Translations under genes and position numbers: made by a program
In this document: piece by piece, positions 22,401 through 28,762 of the stretch
Layout: each line of letters opens with the position of its first letter
Numbering within the stretch: position 1 is the first letter of the stretch
Notes under the pieces: model-generated
The model's database searches: none
Told to the model about the DNA's origin: nothing
What the model saw: only the letters and a program-made list of their open reading frames with translations
Virus record (IMG/VR): IMGVR_UViG_3300045999_011096
Coordinates: 1 to 58,770 of that record
Strand: one strand, 5' to 3'
Length of the DNA: 58,770 nt
Origin: a virus
Lineage: Duplodnaviria > Caudoviricetes

Positions 22401-24629
22401 ACACAGCATCCAGTTCAGGTTCTGGTGAGCAATATTACCACTGGTACTGACCTAGCACCAGATGTCAACTACACCGTTGATTGGGTAAATCAAACAGTTT
22501 CATTGATAGAAATGGCTCCTTGGGTCACCGACGGGGATCAGTTCCAGATCAATGTTTTTGAACTTGGCGGTGGCAGTCAATTGTATCGTGCCAACTATAT
22601 TGGGGGAGACATTGGTGAAACTGTGGTAATTCCAGTTGGCGCGTCGGAAATAGATAGTATTGCAGTATTTGTCAATGGTGAAAATGTAGACATCGTGACT
22701 TGGCAACCATACACAGACAGCACTGATTGGAATATACTAGACAGCTACAACAAACTAGATGTTGTCAACAACAGCGGAAACTACTACCGAGCACTACAAA
22801 GCGTCCCGGTGGGTATAGACATTGCCAATACATTGTATTGGTTTGAATTTGTACCTACAATTGAGAGCCTTGTGGACTTTGGCACTGACTATGGAGCTAC
22901 AGACGGAATTGCCTTGGTAGCATTTGGATTCTCAACAATTGATGCTGGCGATTTTGTAATTGGCAGATCATACACCATAAGCACTGTGGGCACCACCAAT
23001 TGGACAGCCATCGGTGCAGCCGCAAGCACAGTGGGCACATCTTTTGTGGCCACCGGTGTTGGCTCTGGAACTGGCAAAGCAACCACTGACTACAGCTGGA
23101 GTACTCCACAAGTACAATATCAGGTGGCTGACGCAGATTTGGTGACCAACAACGTCATATACTTGACCAACAGCGTACAAGGAACAAATCCAGTCAATGC
23201 TGTAGTCACACGCAATGGACTAAGGCTGCAACCTCCTGAAGGTATCGAATGGATCGGTGATGATTCCAGTGTTAGTTTTGGCTTGCCACAGCGCGGCGGC
23301 TACAGCCAATCCTTGATAAATGCAGCCTCTGACATAACTGTTTGGGTAGACAATGTTCTGCAACCCCAAACCGTGGGACCCACCACAGGCACCTACGTTG
23401 TGACACCATGGGCTGGCAGCAATACTCCGGGACGCCAGGTAGTGTTTACAACGCCACCGGTCAGCGGCGCTAGAATTTTGATTGCCGTAAGCACAGCAGC
23501 TGACTACCGAATCATTGGCAACGAATTGCAAATATCAAGCACAATCTTGCAAGATGATTTGTTTGCAGTGACCACTTGGAATGACACCTCGCAACTTTAT
23601 CCGTTGACGCTGGTATTCAAAGGACCAGTCACTGAAACAGTCACAGTAGTCGAGGGATATGACGAAACAAACTATTCTCCAGACACAGTAAACAATGCTC
23701 CAGGGTCGTTTGATTACTCAGCTGGAACTACAATTTTCACCAACAATTTCTATCTTGAAAGAAGTTTGAACAACGCCAGTAGATTGTGGGTTACGCTTAA
23801 CGGAAATAGATTGTTTGAAGGTGCAGATTACACCGTAAGTGAGGATTATTTAATTTTGGCCAGCGGAGTTATTGGTGTTGGTGACGTTATGGTCATAGAA
23901 GAATTTACCAACAGCATAGTTCCTGAAGCAATGGCTTTCCGCATATTTCAGGACATGCGTGGTGTGCAAGCGGTTTATAGAATAACCCCGGAAACAACCA
24001 CAGCATTGGCTCAGGCCCTGTCTAGTACCGCAGATACTGTTTATGTTGACAACGCTCAGGCCTTGAGCGAACCCGATCTAGAAGCAGGAATTTTTGGAGT
24101 AATAACCATCAATGGTGAGCGCATCATGTATCGTGAGCGAGACGTTGTGGCAAACACCGTATCAGGACTCATGCGTGGCACCGCTGGCACCGGCGCAGCC
24201 GACCATGGCGCAGGCAGTATTGTAAATGACATGGGACGCGGCAATTTGTTGCCCCAGCAATTCCAAGATTACATTGTCAGCAACAGCAGCATGGGCGACG
24301 ACAGTACCACTGTATTCTACGCACCCAGCATAAATTTTGCTGATTTTGAAGATTCCACAATTGAGTCCGCAGCCATTGAAGTTTATGTGGGCGGGGTACG
24401 ACAATATGCTGTAAGTGACACCAGTGCTGAAAGCCAGTATCGCTGGTTTGTGACTGATTTTGACCCAATGGCAGTAGAATTTGATATAGCACCAGCTGCT
24501 GGTGCAGAAGTCACAATTTTAGTGCGTCAGGGTGTGACTTGGTATGCACCAGGCGACGGTACTGCCAGCGACGGAATTGCCTTGCAGGATACCGAAACGC
24601 AAGCTGCAAGGTTCTTGCGGGGTTTATAA
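10446..24629 (+). CDS. Giant (4727 aa) baseplate wedge/adhesin-like structural protein
   Basis: Uninterrupted ORF coupled to gp6 (TAATG overlap). Starts with FLPEIFQTDANKQFL and contains YIQEVKPYH (gp7-like), seven FG-GAP-like repeats, CBM5/12-like motifs and GSGY..P repeats. Confidence 0.75.
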   Translation: MATVRSVDFLPEIFQTDANKQFLAATLDQLIQEPKFRKTQGFIGRRVGPGVNPNDKYVVEPTVTRSNYQLEPGVVSLVPDTDTINNAITYPGLNDAVTFQDGNGSRPDRLYSSEYYTWDPFIDFDTFINFSQYYWVPNGPDVVDVSATEIPTTDNFVVTSTNNVYNFSGVNGNSPVIELVRGGSYTFQVTDQFWIQSAPGIAGTIPATPNISSRDVYGVANNGEDSGTVVFNVPQKNAQSFYYTSLDSIGTIDLVTELGFDDINGQPLVDFILANGGIDGTTNLDNRTLVFLNNPAYTQKYQITYNTVGDVIYLQVSLLANINNLEKWTTSYGAVYSSTQWYKDEAGVIRSIPLLSAIQDTLYYQSGTNSEIFGRITLIEPGASSVLDVDTIIGRKTYTSPNGVAFTNGLKVRFTGDVVPISYKSGTSSFECTATEANTNYITYYDAGSLYVGQQVVFLTPTLGGLDAGTTYYVRSIAASGIKFTVSAVPGGPAVTLQNGTGAMNAIGISNHEYYVSGVGIAIELLPVTDFVVPETYVEDYNDSTIAVEPADPDYLTISRASRDLNAWTRSNRWFHVSVLNATAEYNNTAANLDNNLRAKRPIIQFRPGVRLWNMGTQGKAPVDIIDFTETDAFSNVEGSTGYTTNGYSLVEGSRVIFAADEDLSVRNKIYVVTFAVPDTIPPLIAQPVIVLTEAADGAVELDESTVCLNGNTIAGKTFWYDGADWIEAQQKTKVQQAPLFNIYDVDGVSFGDRVKYQSSNFVGSKLFSYAVGDTTILDPVLQFPLQYLNINNVGDIVFDNNLYVDSFTYTIDNVSTVTPISSGAAREYATRTAYAKLIGWQTAVVEQQIYQQFQFNYTGSRLQLDIAVTPQSSIAMPVIKAYIGGQFIDPSQYTYTVGDASTTITLSNTYLPTDVIEILALSDQTSKVGFYQVPNNLENNPLNANSSSFTLGTIRTHYESICENLLALTGPINGSNNSRDLGNIVPYGLVILQQSSPLTLAGYFMRSSAYNIFASLQYSSREYTKFKAQMLDAVLNQNNIAFRTTASILDEAIQDITLGKLNTQPFYWSDMIPQGVTSYSNTYNIGLVINYVFDTVQVYNYTSSNYLGLCVYLNDQILTRDKDYVVATNGPRITITTTLVTGDTVTINEYGATYGSFVPNTPSKMGLYPAWEPEITTLVTSNGTGEFIIGHDGSSTPVFGDIRDQVLLEFETRIYSNIKQDGNPVPLTVEDVLPGQFRDTGYSFEEVNSIFGSDLLSFCGWNKLDFKTQTFSATNEFTWNYSNTTNRLNNENLLGAWRGIYRYFYDTQQPSYTPWEMLGFTIEPDWWQDRYGPAPYTGDNLVLWDDLEAGLVADPVAPYIRPEYARPGLTSVIPTGPEGELLSPLNSVVGVVPFNQNVTSKYQKSWAIGDGGPVEASWWNSSSYPFSVMHVLAVTRPAKFFALFADRDLYKFDTDYNQYLYNGRYRLDANGVEVYGNGVSKASYINWIVDYNRQTGIDSTDLLTADLKALDVRLCYRMASYSDKQYIKLITEKSSPNSTNTTLTIPDESYNILLYKNQPFDQIKYSSVAVQKVDGGGFAVFGYGTSQPYFEILQSQAVGRLQEYSSGGITVRVPTFYTDAVVQVPYGYVFVNETAVSDFLLSYGKLLEKQGLTFDNMVNGYELSWPRMVNEFLYWSQQGWSTNAIINLNPLAEGLTVTRPGAVVDGIVTETTENLLLDQNSNEIPTRSLNVVRLGNTFTIQPLSTQSISYINLRFTNFEHMMVLDNQSVFGDLIYDPITGARQSRLTLVAVTTSDWNGSVDTPGFILNQDNVQEWTGLKTYPKGEIVKYKNVYWSALKIVQPSAKFNFNDWAQSDYTQIELGLLPNLANKADQLANSYNINDANIESDNDLLSYGLIGFKPRQYLAALNLDDVSQVNVYRQFLGTKGTILAAELFKSANLGKEAADYTIYENWGVQRAVYGANANRSFFELRLNRALLSSNPSLVEVVVPQQSSQADQTVLLSDVWRSSYNLTSTNILPTTTELPTDIGLPTAGYVSLDDVDITVFDINNTDSLAANIDQIEVGTSIWVAKINDYDWNIYRAQAVPGQIQHVCDNLNGTSRVIFNSQHGLKAGDKLIIKFFDSEINGVYQVLNVPSLDTVNIAFTFTSNRAVANGTGLGFTLQTMRVAQASDVGDLSYALNILPGAKVWVDDNGSGLWEVLQKNNVFSSIVTLNPELLDASEQYGASVAQARNKVAALVGSPRYGFASGTARGAIYVYVKSFSDQYTPVSPLGTGDAILTLDTTGLRGYGNAIDFGNQTYAVAGASASLGSAGQADNGYAVVIYRDPVLGVPGSIPYGQSQLLTQPAGYGTLLTGAGEFGYSVAMSLDERWMYIGAPGLNQVHAYGYVDWQDQLIRTLADGTTLLYAIADNIQINNKYQLKVTLNGQVQTVDVDYTIDNNFNIVTFVNNPGVTTAGSFISGQTYTILSVGTTDFVAIGASSNTVGVEFIATGSGSGTGTALASTLIEFARYNSFQIPYTASTYDLDDDIDADGRRVGLFTATNIYSFSIKVNESLLRPNIDYTFSGTTVTFTGSYSLTDIIVVSAKGYFEYVDTIDSSMVTGGLTAGDRFGHSVSCTTDGRQVMIGTPERTIDGEVQAGTVYVFDRNVQKFIYGSDPSSVSFTVLGGTPTAPVSVLVNNEFFINQDNSVINAPNSFTVSGDTVTILGDLQIGDIIEIETNQFQQVQQVDQHVTADFSNFGQAVQICSNNCSLYVGEPQSSQQIFKGGVVERFVNQSRVYGTITATVANPALTAGDTIRIDNIDVEVPVAQTVASLATAINAAVPNVLATVSSTGYLTISVKNSAAAAPFNKVQVAPGSVGSTFADFGFETFVWTQNITSPYPVQYAGFGGAISINDSAENLVVGAPQGTIYLETVFDDGTTVFDAGSTIFFSVIVQSGAIYTFDYLPSSSLTVTNPGKFVFGQQINNNLVGQYDMFGAAVDYTSGVLMAGAPKNDAGDSDANFGAVFVFENPTQSPAWSVIEIQQPTVDIRLLNSVFFFDSITSARTEFLDFINPLQGKILGAARANIDYVGAVDPAAYNVGPANLKGSTWFADHVGEIWWDISSVRFIDPNQDSIVYASRRWAQLFPGSEVDVYQWVQSTTPPSTYTGEGIPLNTVSYTVNTNLSQDGTFATYYYFWVRGITVTATQLGKTLPASTVASYIADAKASGIPYMAPINANTIALYNCADLISASDTVISIEYDREFTNDNVHVEYELIPQDRADGFLSDNLYRKLQDSFCGVDTFGNKVPDPNLGPAERYGVQFRPRQSMFVDRFAALKNYLKRANAVLAQYPITEDKSFNLLNSSDPIPSQTEIVDAVTVTNWNLQVANLEILGFQTPFWSDPLGSIPLGYKYLVTTDSSQRGLWTIYTVQESDTAPNTRELVLSKVQGYNTPDYWSYINWYRPGYNSSTKVVAEVANYASLSTLTVTVGSSVKVTANAQGKFEIYLRTDLGWERVGLQDGTIEFSAELYDYALGRFGFDVEVFDAQYFDQEPVIETRKIIQAINEELFVGDLEIQRNKLLVLMFNFVLSEFSAPEWLVKTSLIDVDHRIRQLIPYQNYVRDNQEFVSDYIQEVKPYHVTIREFNLLYNGFDEFFGDITDFDLPAYYNTSLEIPKFTSPILLPYNNGTAFNSSTNIESDVPSTSALWSTWPYNQWYSNYLLSLESVQIIDGGSGYTQPPVVIITGGATEPAKATAVINSIGQVVAVNVTNSGSGYIQTPTITFDGGNGVAARAYAVMNNSLVRSFRTVIKYDRFQYFSDIASWEPNQIYNPGALVRYDDRVWQASAATPVTGPTFNLEDWTLIPARQLSGVDRTMGYYVPGVNQPGLELPLLIDGVDYPGVQVYGDYFLNNPTSIDANYSSEFTDVTLGTSPTDINVDGGEFIGLYEGHAPEELVNGAEFDTLDFRVYTRPGADWNRDGHGFQWSSVRYSFDPTIETDYSWAGITQHPVQVLVSNITTGTDLAPDVNYTVDWVNQTVSLIEMAPWVTDGDQFQINVFELGGGSQLYRANYIGGDIGETVVIPVGASEIDSIAVFVNGENVDIVTWQPYTDSTDWNILDSYNKLDVVNNSGNYYRALQSVPVGIDIANTLYWFEFVPTIESLVDFGTDYGATDGIALVAFGFSTIDAGDFVIGRSYTISTVGTTNWTAIGAAASTVGTSFVATGVGSGTGKATTDYSWSTPQVQYQVADADLVTNNVIYLTNSVQGTNPVNAVVTRNGLRLQPPEGIEWIGDDSSVSFGLPQRGGYSQSLINAASDITVWVDNVLQPQTVGPTTGTYVVTPWAGSNTPGRQVVFTTPPVSGARILIAVSTAADYRIIGNELQISSTILQDDLFAVTTWNDTSQLYPLTLVFKGPVTETVTVVEGYDETNYSPDTVNNAPGSFDYSAGTTIFTNNFYLERSLNNASRLWVTLNGNRLFEGADYTVSEDYLILASGVIGVGDVMVIEEFTNSIVPEAMAFRIFQDMRGVQAVYRITPETTTALAQALSSTADTVYVDNAQALSEPDLEAGIFGVITINGERIMYRERDVVANTVSGLMRGTAGTGAADHGAGSIVNDMGRGNLLPQQFQDYIVSNSSMGDDSTTVFYAPSINFADFEDSTIESAAIEVYVGGVRQYAVSDTSAESQYRWFVTDFDPMAVEFDIAPAAGAEVTILVRQGVTWYAPGDGTASDGIALQDTETQAARFLRGL

Positions 24630-24634
24630 CAAGG

Positions 24635-24640
24635 TAAATA
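24635..24640 (+). promoter_or_regulatory. Putative late promoter (TAAATA)
   Basis: Intergenic, 7 nt before the ATG at 24648. Confidence 0.55.
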
Positions 24641-24647
24641 AAAGACC

Positions 24648-24797
24648 ATGTCAAATACACAGCAAAATCAACAGGTTGAAACAAAAAAAGAGGAAAAACC
24701 TCGCCGGCCCAACGAAACCGGTACAGTGAATGTACAGGGTTATTTCAAGGTGTTTGACCCAAAAACACAAAAAGTCTATGTGGAGGGACGAGCATGA
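24648..24797 (+). CDS. 49-aa small protein, not in the ORF track (MSNTQQNQ...GYFKVFDPKTQKVYVEGRA)
   Basis: Hand-translated. Fills the gap, follows a TAAATA box, overlaps the next gene by ATGA, and resembles that protein's N-terminus. Confidence 0.75.
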   Translation: MSNTQQNQQVETKKEEKPRRPNETGTVNVQGYFKVFDPKTQKVYVEGRA

Positions 24798-25399
24798 TTG
24801 AGCCAGGACTAGCAAAAATTACCGGGCATGTAAAGATTTATGACCCAAACAGCGGTGAAATATTCTACAACGATCACAATGCCATTCACTATGAAAACAT
24901 CAGCGTGGCAATGGCTCAAAGTTTGTCAAATCGTAACTTGGGCTACATCTACGAAATGGCATTTGGCAACGGGGGAAGCTCAGTGGATCCCACAGGCGTT
25001 ATCACATATCTTCCACCAAATACCACAGGTCAGAGCGCCTCGCTGTACAACCAAACATACCAAAAAGTAGTTGATGATAATTCAGCAGCTGATACAGATC
25101 CAGAAAACAACAAAATGACTGTGTTGCACACAGCCGGAAATGTTTACACTGATATTTTGGTCACTTGTTTGCTGGATTACGGTGAACCAAGCGGTCAACA
25201 AGCATTTGATAATTCAACCAACTTCAACGGCGAATATGTATTTGACGAACTAGGACTCAAGACCTGGAACGGTTCTGCTGAGGATTTGCGTCTGATCACC
25301 CATGTGATTTTTCACCCGGTCCAAAAGAGCTTGAATCGTCAAATTCAAATTGATTACACACTGCGAATCCAGACACTGAGCAACATAAACGCTGTATAA
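24794..25399 (+). CDS. Tail/baseplate structural protein
   Basis: Motifs MAFGNGG, FDELGL, LITHVIFHPVQKSLNRQIQIDYTL; structural context. Confidence 0.65.
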   Translation: MIEPGLAKITGHVKIYDPNSGEIFYNDHNAIHYENISVAMAQSLSNRNLGYIYEMAFGNGGSSVDPTGVITYLPPNTTGQSASLYNQTYQKVVDDNSAADTDPENNKMTVLHTAGNVYTDILVTCLLDYGEPSGQQAFDNSTNFNGEYVFDELGLKTWNGSAEDLRLITHVIFHPVQKSLNRQIQIDYTLRIQTLSNINAV

Positions 25400-25402
25400 A
25401 TA
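25395..25402 (+). promoter_or_regulatory. Late promoter, exact T4 consensus TATAAATA
   Basis: Overlaps the upstream stop codon; lies 18 nt before the tail fibre ATG, with an AAGGA RBS-like sequence between. Confidence 0.7.
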
Positions 25403-25420
25403 TAAGGACAGGGAACTGAC

Positions 25421-27391
25421 ATGGCATATACAATTAATCTTACAGACGGCACAGTTTTTGCCACCATATCGGATGGTACTTTTAATCAAAGCAGTAGCGT
25501 GACTTTGGTGGGTAAAAACTATGCTGGTTATGGTGAATTCCTAGACGAAAACTTTATCCAGATGCTGGAAAATTTTTCCAACAATACTGCACCACCTGCG
25601 CCTTTGACTGGTCAACTTTGGTGGGACAAAACCAACAGCTTGCTCAAAGTTTACAACGGTACAACATTCAAAGTAATTTCAGCAGCAACAGCCAGTGCAT
25701 CGGCCCCAACATCTAATGTCACCGGTGACTTGTGGTATGATACCACAAACCAACAATTAAAAGTATACACTGGCAGCAGTTTTATTGTTGTTGGTCCAGC
25801 TTATTCTAGCAGTCAAGGTACAACTGGTGCTATTCCAGAAACCATCCTTGACAACACAGCAACGCCGCACTACGTCACCACACTTTATTCCAACAGTGTG
25901 CGAGTGGCTATTTTCAACAGCGACGCTGACTTTACTGCGGCTGCCCCAGTTGCAACCCTGTTCCCTACAGTTTTTAAAGGTGTAACATTCAGTAACTCCT
26001 CTGGCACCAACATGGCCGGCAATCTTGTCAGCTCTGGGAACATAGTAATTACTTCAGGCGGCAACACCACAGCTACAATTACCACTACTGGTGCCAACAT
26101 AACTGGGTACACCACTGTGAGTGGTAATGTAACTGGCGGCAATATTCTAACCGCAGGAGTCGTATCAGCCACAGGCAACGTTACAGGTGCAAACTTCATT
26201 GGTAACGTGATCTCCCCAGCTGGCAGTAATGTCAGTACAACAGGCAATGTCACTGGTGGAAACTTGTTGACTGGTGGTATTGTCAGTGCCACAGGCAATG
26301 CAATAGGTGGAAACATACGCACTGCCGGTTTGATCACCGCAACAGGCAATATCACAGGCGGTAACTTGCTCACTGCTGGATTGATATCGGCCACTTCAAC
26401 CATAACATCGGCTGCCAATATTACAGGTGGTAACATCCTGACAGGCGGTTTGATCAGCGCAACTGGAACAATTACCAGTGCTGCCAACATCAGCGGCAGC
26501 TTTTTCTTGGGCAACGGAAGTCAACTCACTGGGTTGAGCGCGGCTGTTAGTGTATCGCAGATTCAGAATGGCAACTCAAATGTGAGAATTGCCGCATCAG
26601 ATGGCAACGTTACCATTGGTGTAAACAGCGTTGCCAACGTGGTAGTAATTGATAGCACATCACTTTATGCCAACGTGGCCAACGTATCCAGTATTGCCAA
26701 AGGCGGCAGCAACGCCGTGGGCAACATTGGAGGCCCCACAAGTTATTTCAATATCACCTATACTTCTACCTTAAACGCCGTGACTGCGAGTGCAAGTGGC
26801 AACGTCACTGGTGGCAACATTTTAACAGGTGGATTAATTTCGGCCACTGGTAATATTACCAGTGGTAACCTGGTAACTTCGGGCACCACAGGTATCTTGA
26901 GTGTCAACAGTATTACTCATACTGGCACCAATGCTGTAGGCAATATTGGTAGTTCAAGCAGTTATTTTGATCAAGTGTTTGCCACAGCAACCACAGCACT
27001 TTATGCTGACGTTGCAGAACGTTTTGCCGCAGATGAAGTGCTAGAAGCAGGAACTGTGGTTGAATTGGGTGGCACTGCTGAGATTACTAGATCTCTTACA
27101 GAATTGAGCGACAATGTATTTGGCGTGATAAGTACTAGACCAGCTTACACCATGAATGGCGGCGCAGGTGAAGACGATACCCATCCCAAAGTTGCTATGA
27201 CTGGGCGTGTACCTGTCAAGGTAACTGGTTATGTCAAAAAAGGCGATCGACTGGTCAGTGCCGGAAACGGGGTTGCTAGATCAGCTCTACCCGGAGAAGC
27301 AACTGCATTTAATGTAATTGGGCGAAGTCTAGTTGACAAACCGACCCAAGAATCAGGTACAATTGAAGCAATTGTTACCATTAAAAATTAA
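25421..27391 (+). CDS. Tail fibre with 17-aa repeats and a C-terminal peptidase-G2-like intramolecular chaperone
   Basis: N-terminal LVGKNYAGYGE..ENF..MLENF..GQLWWD; repeats of GN(V/I)TGGN(I/L)LT(A/G)G(L/V/I)(I/V)SAT; C-terminal YADVAERF...GVIST.PAY.MN...GRVPVKV...KKGD.LVS. Confidence 0.8.
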   Translation: MAYTINLTDGTVFATISDGTFNQSSSVTLVGKNYAGYGEFLDENFIQMLENFSNNTAPPAPLTGQLWWDKTNSLLKVYNGTTFKVISAATASASAPTSNVTGDLWYDTTNQQLKVYTGSSFIVVGPAYSSSQGTTGAIPETILDNTATPHYVTTLYSNSVRVAIFNSDADFTAAAPVATLFPTVFKGVTFSNSSGTNMAGNLVSSGNIVITSGGNTTATITTTGANITGYTTVSGNVTGGNILTAGVVSATGNVTGANFIGNVISPAGSNVSTTGNVTGGNLLTGGIVSATGNAIGGNIRTAGLITATGNITGGNLLTAGLISATSTITSAANITGGNILTGGLISATGTITSAANISGSFFLGNGSQLTGLSAAVSVSQIQNGNSNVRIAASDGNVTIGVNSVANVVVIDSTSLYANVANVSSIAKGGSNAVGNIGGPTSYFNITYTSTLNAVTASASGNVTGGNILTGGLISATGNITSGNLVTSGTTGILSVNSITHTGTNAVGNIGSSSSYFDQVFATATTALYADVAERFAADEVLEAGTVVELGGTAEITRSLTELSDNVFGVISTRPAYTMNGGAGEDDTHPKVAMTGRVPVKVTGYVKKGDRLVSAGNGVARSALPGEATAFNVIGRSLVDKPTQESGTIEAIVTIKN

Positions 27392-27403
27392 ACAGGAACA
27401 AAA

Positions 27404-28396
27404 ATGACTTACGTATTAGGCGGCCTAATAGAAGCAACAGACTACAACACCTTTGCAGGTAATACCACAGCAGGGTTGAATCGTGTTTGGAGTACAGGAT
27501 CAGGCGATGCAGGCTGGGGACAAACCGATATTGCCGCAGTATCTACGGGCGGCACTGTTACAGCAACACAATGGGCCACGTTAGTCAACAGCCTGGGCAG
27601 TTCTGGAAGTCAAACCAATACCACGCTGACATCAAGAACTGCTCCGGTGACAGGCAATACTATCAGCGTGCTGGCTAACATCAGCACCGACACTACTTCA
27701 GTTACCACCAATCGTGGCAACGCCGCGGCATCGGGAACAGAATACGGCGTATTCTCAGGCACAACTTCCAAGACCACAGCCACTGGTTCGGGTCAGGCTG
27801 CATGGACTATAACATTCACACATACCATAACATTCCCCAGTGCTGACCAAGCACGTTATTTTTGGAATGCTGGCGGCATTGTACGCCTCAAGTACGGTAA
27901 AAGTTCAACAGGTACTGACACTGATCCAGACTGGAACACACTGGCTGGCTGGTGCGGATCCATTAATCTTACTGGTCGCGTGAACAGCGCCAGTCAAACC
28001 ATAGCAGGACAGGCCTATACTGGTACCACACGACTGAGTGGTACAGGTGGTACACAAACCACACTTGCAACCACCACAGGATGGTATCAACTTACTACCT
28101 CTCCTGCAACCATATTTCAGTTGAACAATTCTACTGCCCCGTACAGCGGCGAGTTCATTCGTACCACAGCCACAGCCACCAGCTCCACAGTATTGACCTT
28201 GGTTACAACCTGGGTAAGTGACGGATCGTCGGGTGCAGGTACCACTGCTAACATTTCGGGTGGTACAGCAACTACCAGTCCGTCGACCACAATCACAGGC
28301 ACAGCACCCACAACTTTGGTCACGTACCTTCCTCCCAGCACGTCATTCCTTACCAACAGCTGGGGCACACCCTCAATTGCAGCATCAGTTGCATAA
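27404..28396 (+). CDS. Ser/Thr-rich virion structural protein (fibre-associated)
   Basis: AGGA RBS; T/S/G-rich; ARYFWNAGG motif; last gene before a terminator. Confidence 0.6.
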   Translation: MTYVLGGLIEATDYNTFAGNTTAGLNRVWSTGSGDAGWGQTDIAAVSTGGTVTATQWATLVNSLGSSGSQTNTTLTSRTAPVTGNTISVLANISTDTTSVTTNRGNAAASGTEYGVFSGTTSKTTATGSGQAAWTITFTHTITFPSADQARYFWNAGGIVRLKYGKSSTGTDTDPDWNTLAGWCGSINLTGRVNSASQTIAGQAYTGTTRLSGTGGTQTTLATTTGWYQLTTSPATIFQLNNSTAPYSGEFIRTTATATSSTVLTLVTTWVSDGSSGAGTTANISGGTATTSPSTTITGTAPTTLVTYLPPSTSFLTNSWGTPSIAASVA

Positions 28397-28413
28397 TCGG
28401 CAAATCAAGCTGT

Positions 28414-28440
28414 AAAGAGGTAGACATTCTACCTCTTTTT
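28414..28440 (+). terminator. Intrinsic terminator ending the structural operon
   Basis: AAAGAGGTAGA-cat-TCTACCTCTTT perfect inverted repeat running into a T-tract. Confidence 0.8.
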
Positions 28441-28450
28441 GTTGTACAAT
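28421..28450 (+). promoter_or_regulatory. Possible sigma70-like promoter overlapping the terminator
   Basis: TAGACA-N18-TACAAT, 6 nt before the ATG at 28457. Confidence 0.45.
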
Positions 28451-28456
28451 ATTATC

Positions 28457-28762
28457 ATGGAAATCGAAAAAATTGTGGTCCATGCACGGGCTAGATTTGA
28501 TCACGCTGCCGCCCGACGTACACTAAAAGAAAAATACGAAGCACGAATGCTGTTCGCTTATCGCGGAGGCATGTGGCGTGCTGGCCCTGAATTGCAGACA
28601 ACATTGTTGACTTGTCCAGACTCAGAAGCAGTGTTGTTGGATTTGTATGAAAACCCCGTCCGAGTCAATGTCAAAGAGTTGTGTGCACAAAGCCAGCAGC
28701 GTTGGCAAGAACAAATGACGGCCTGGCTAATTGAATATGAAACCCTAAACAAAAATAGATGA
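28457..28762 (+). CDS. Hypothetical protein (first gene of the modification cluster)
   Basis: ATG at 28457 preferred over the TTG at 28439; ATGA-coupled to the next gene. Confidence 0.7.
   Translation: MEIEKIVVHARARFDHAAARRTLKEKYEARMLFAYRGGMWRAGPELQTTLLTCPDSEAVLLDLYENPVRVNVKELCAQSQQRWQEQMTAWLIEYETLNKNR

Noticed and set aside
25885-26514. 209-aa antisense ORF and other long shadow ORFs (e.g. 55730-56395, 56732-57382, 45679-46239)
   Set aside because: They lie opposite well-supported genes, reflect repeat or codon bias, and show no motifs.
26120-26880. Tail-fibre repeats as a diversity-generating retroelement TR/VR pair
   Set aside because: The repeats are conserved at protein level with synonymous divergence, not adenine-specific changes, and no reverse transcriptase is in the window.
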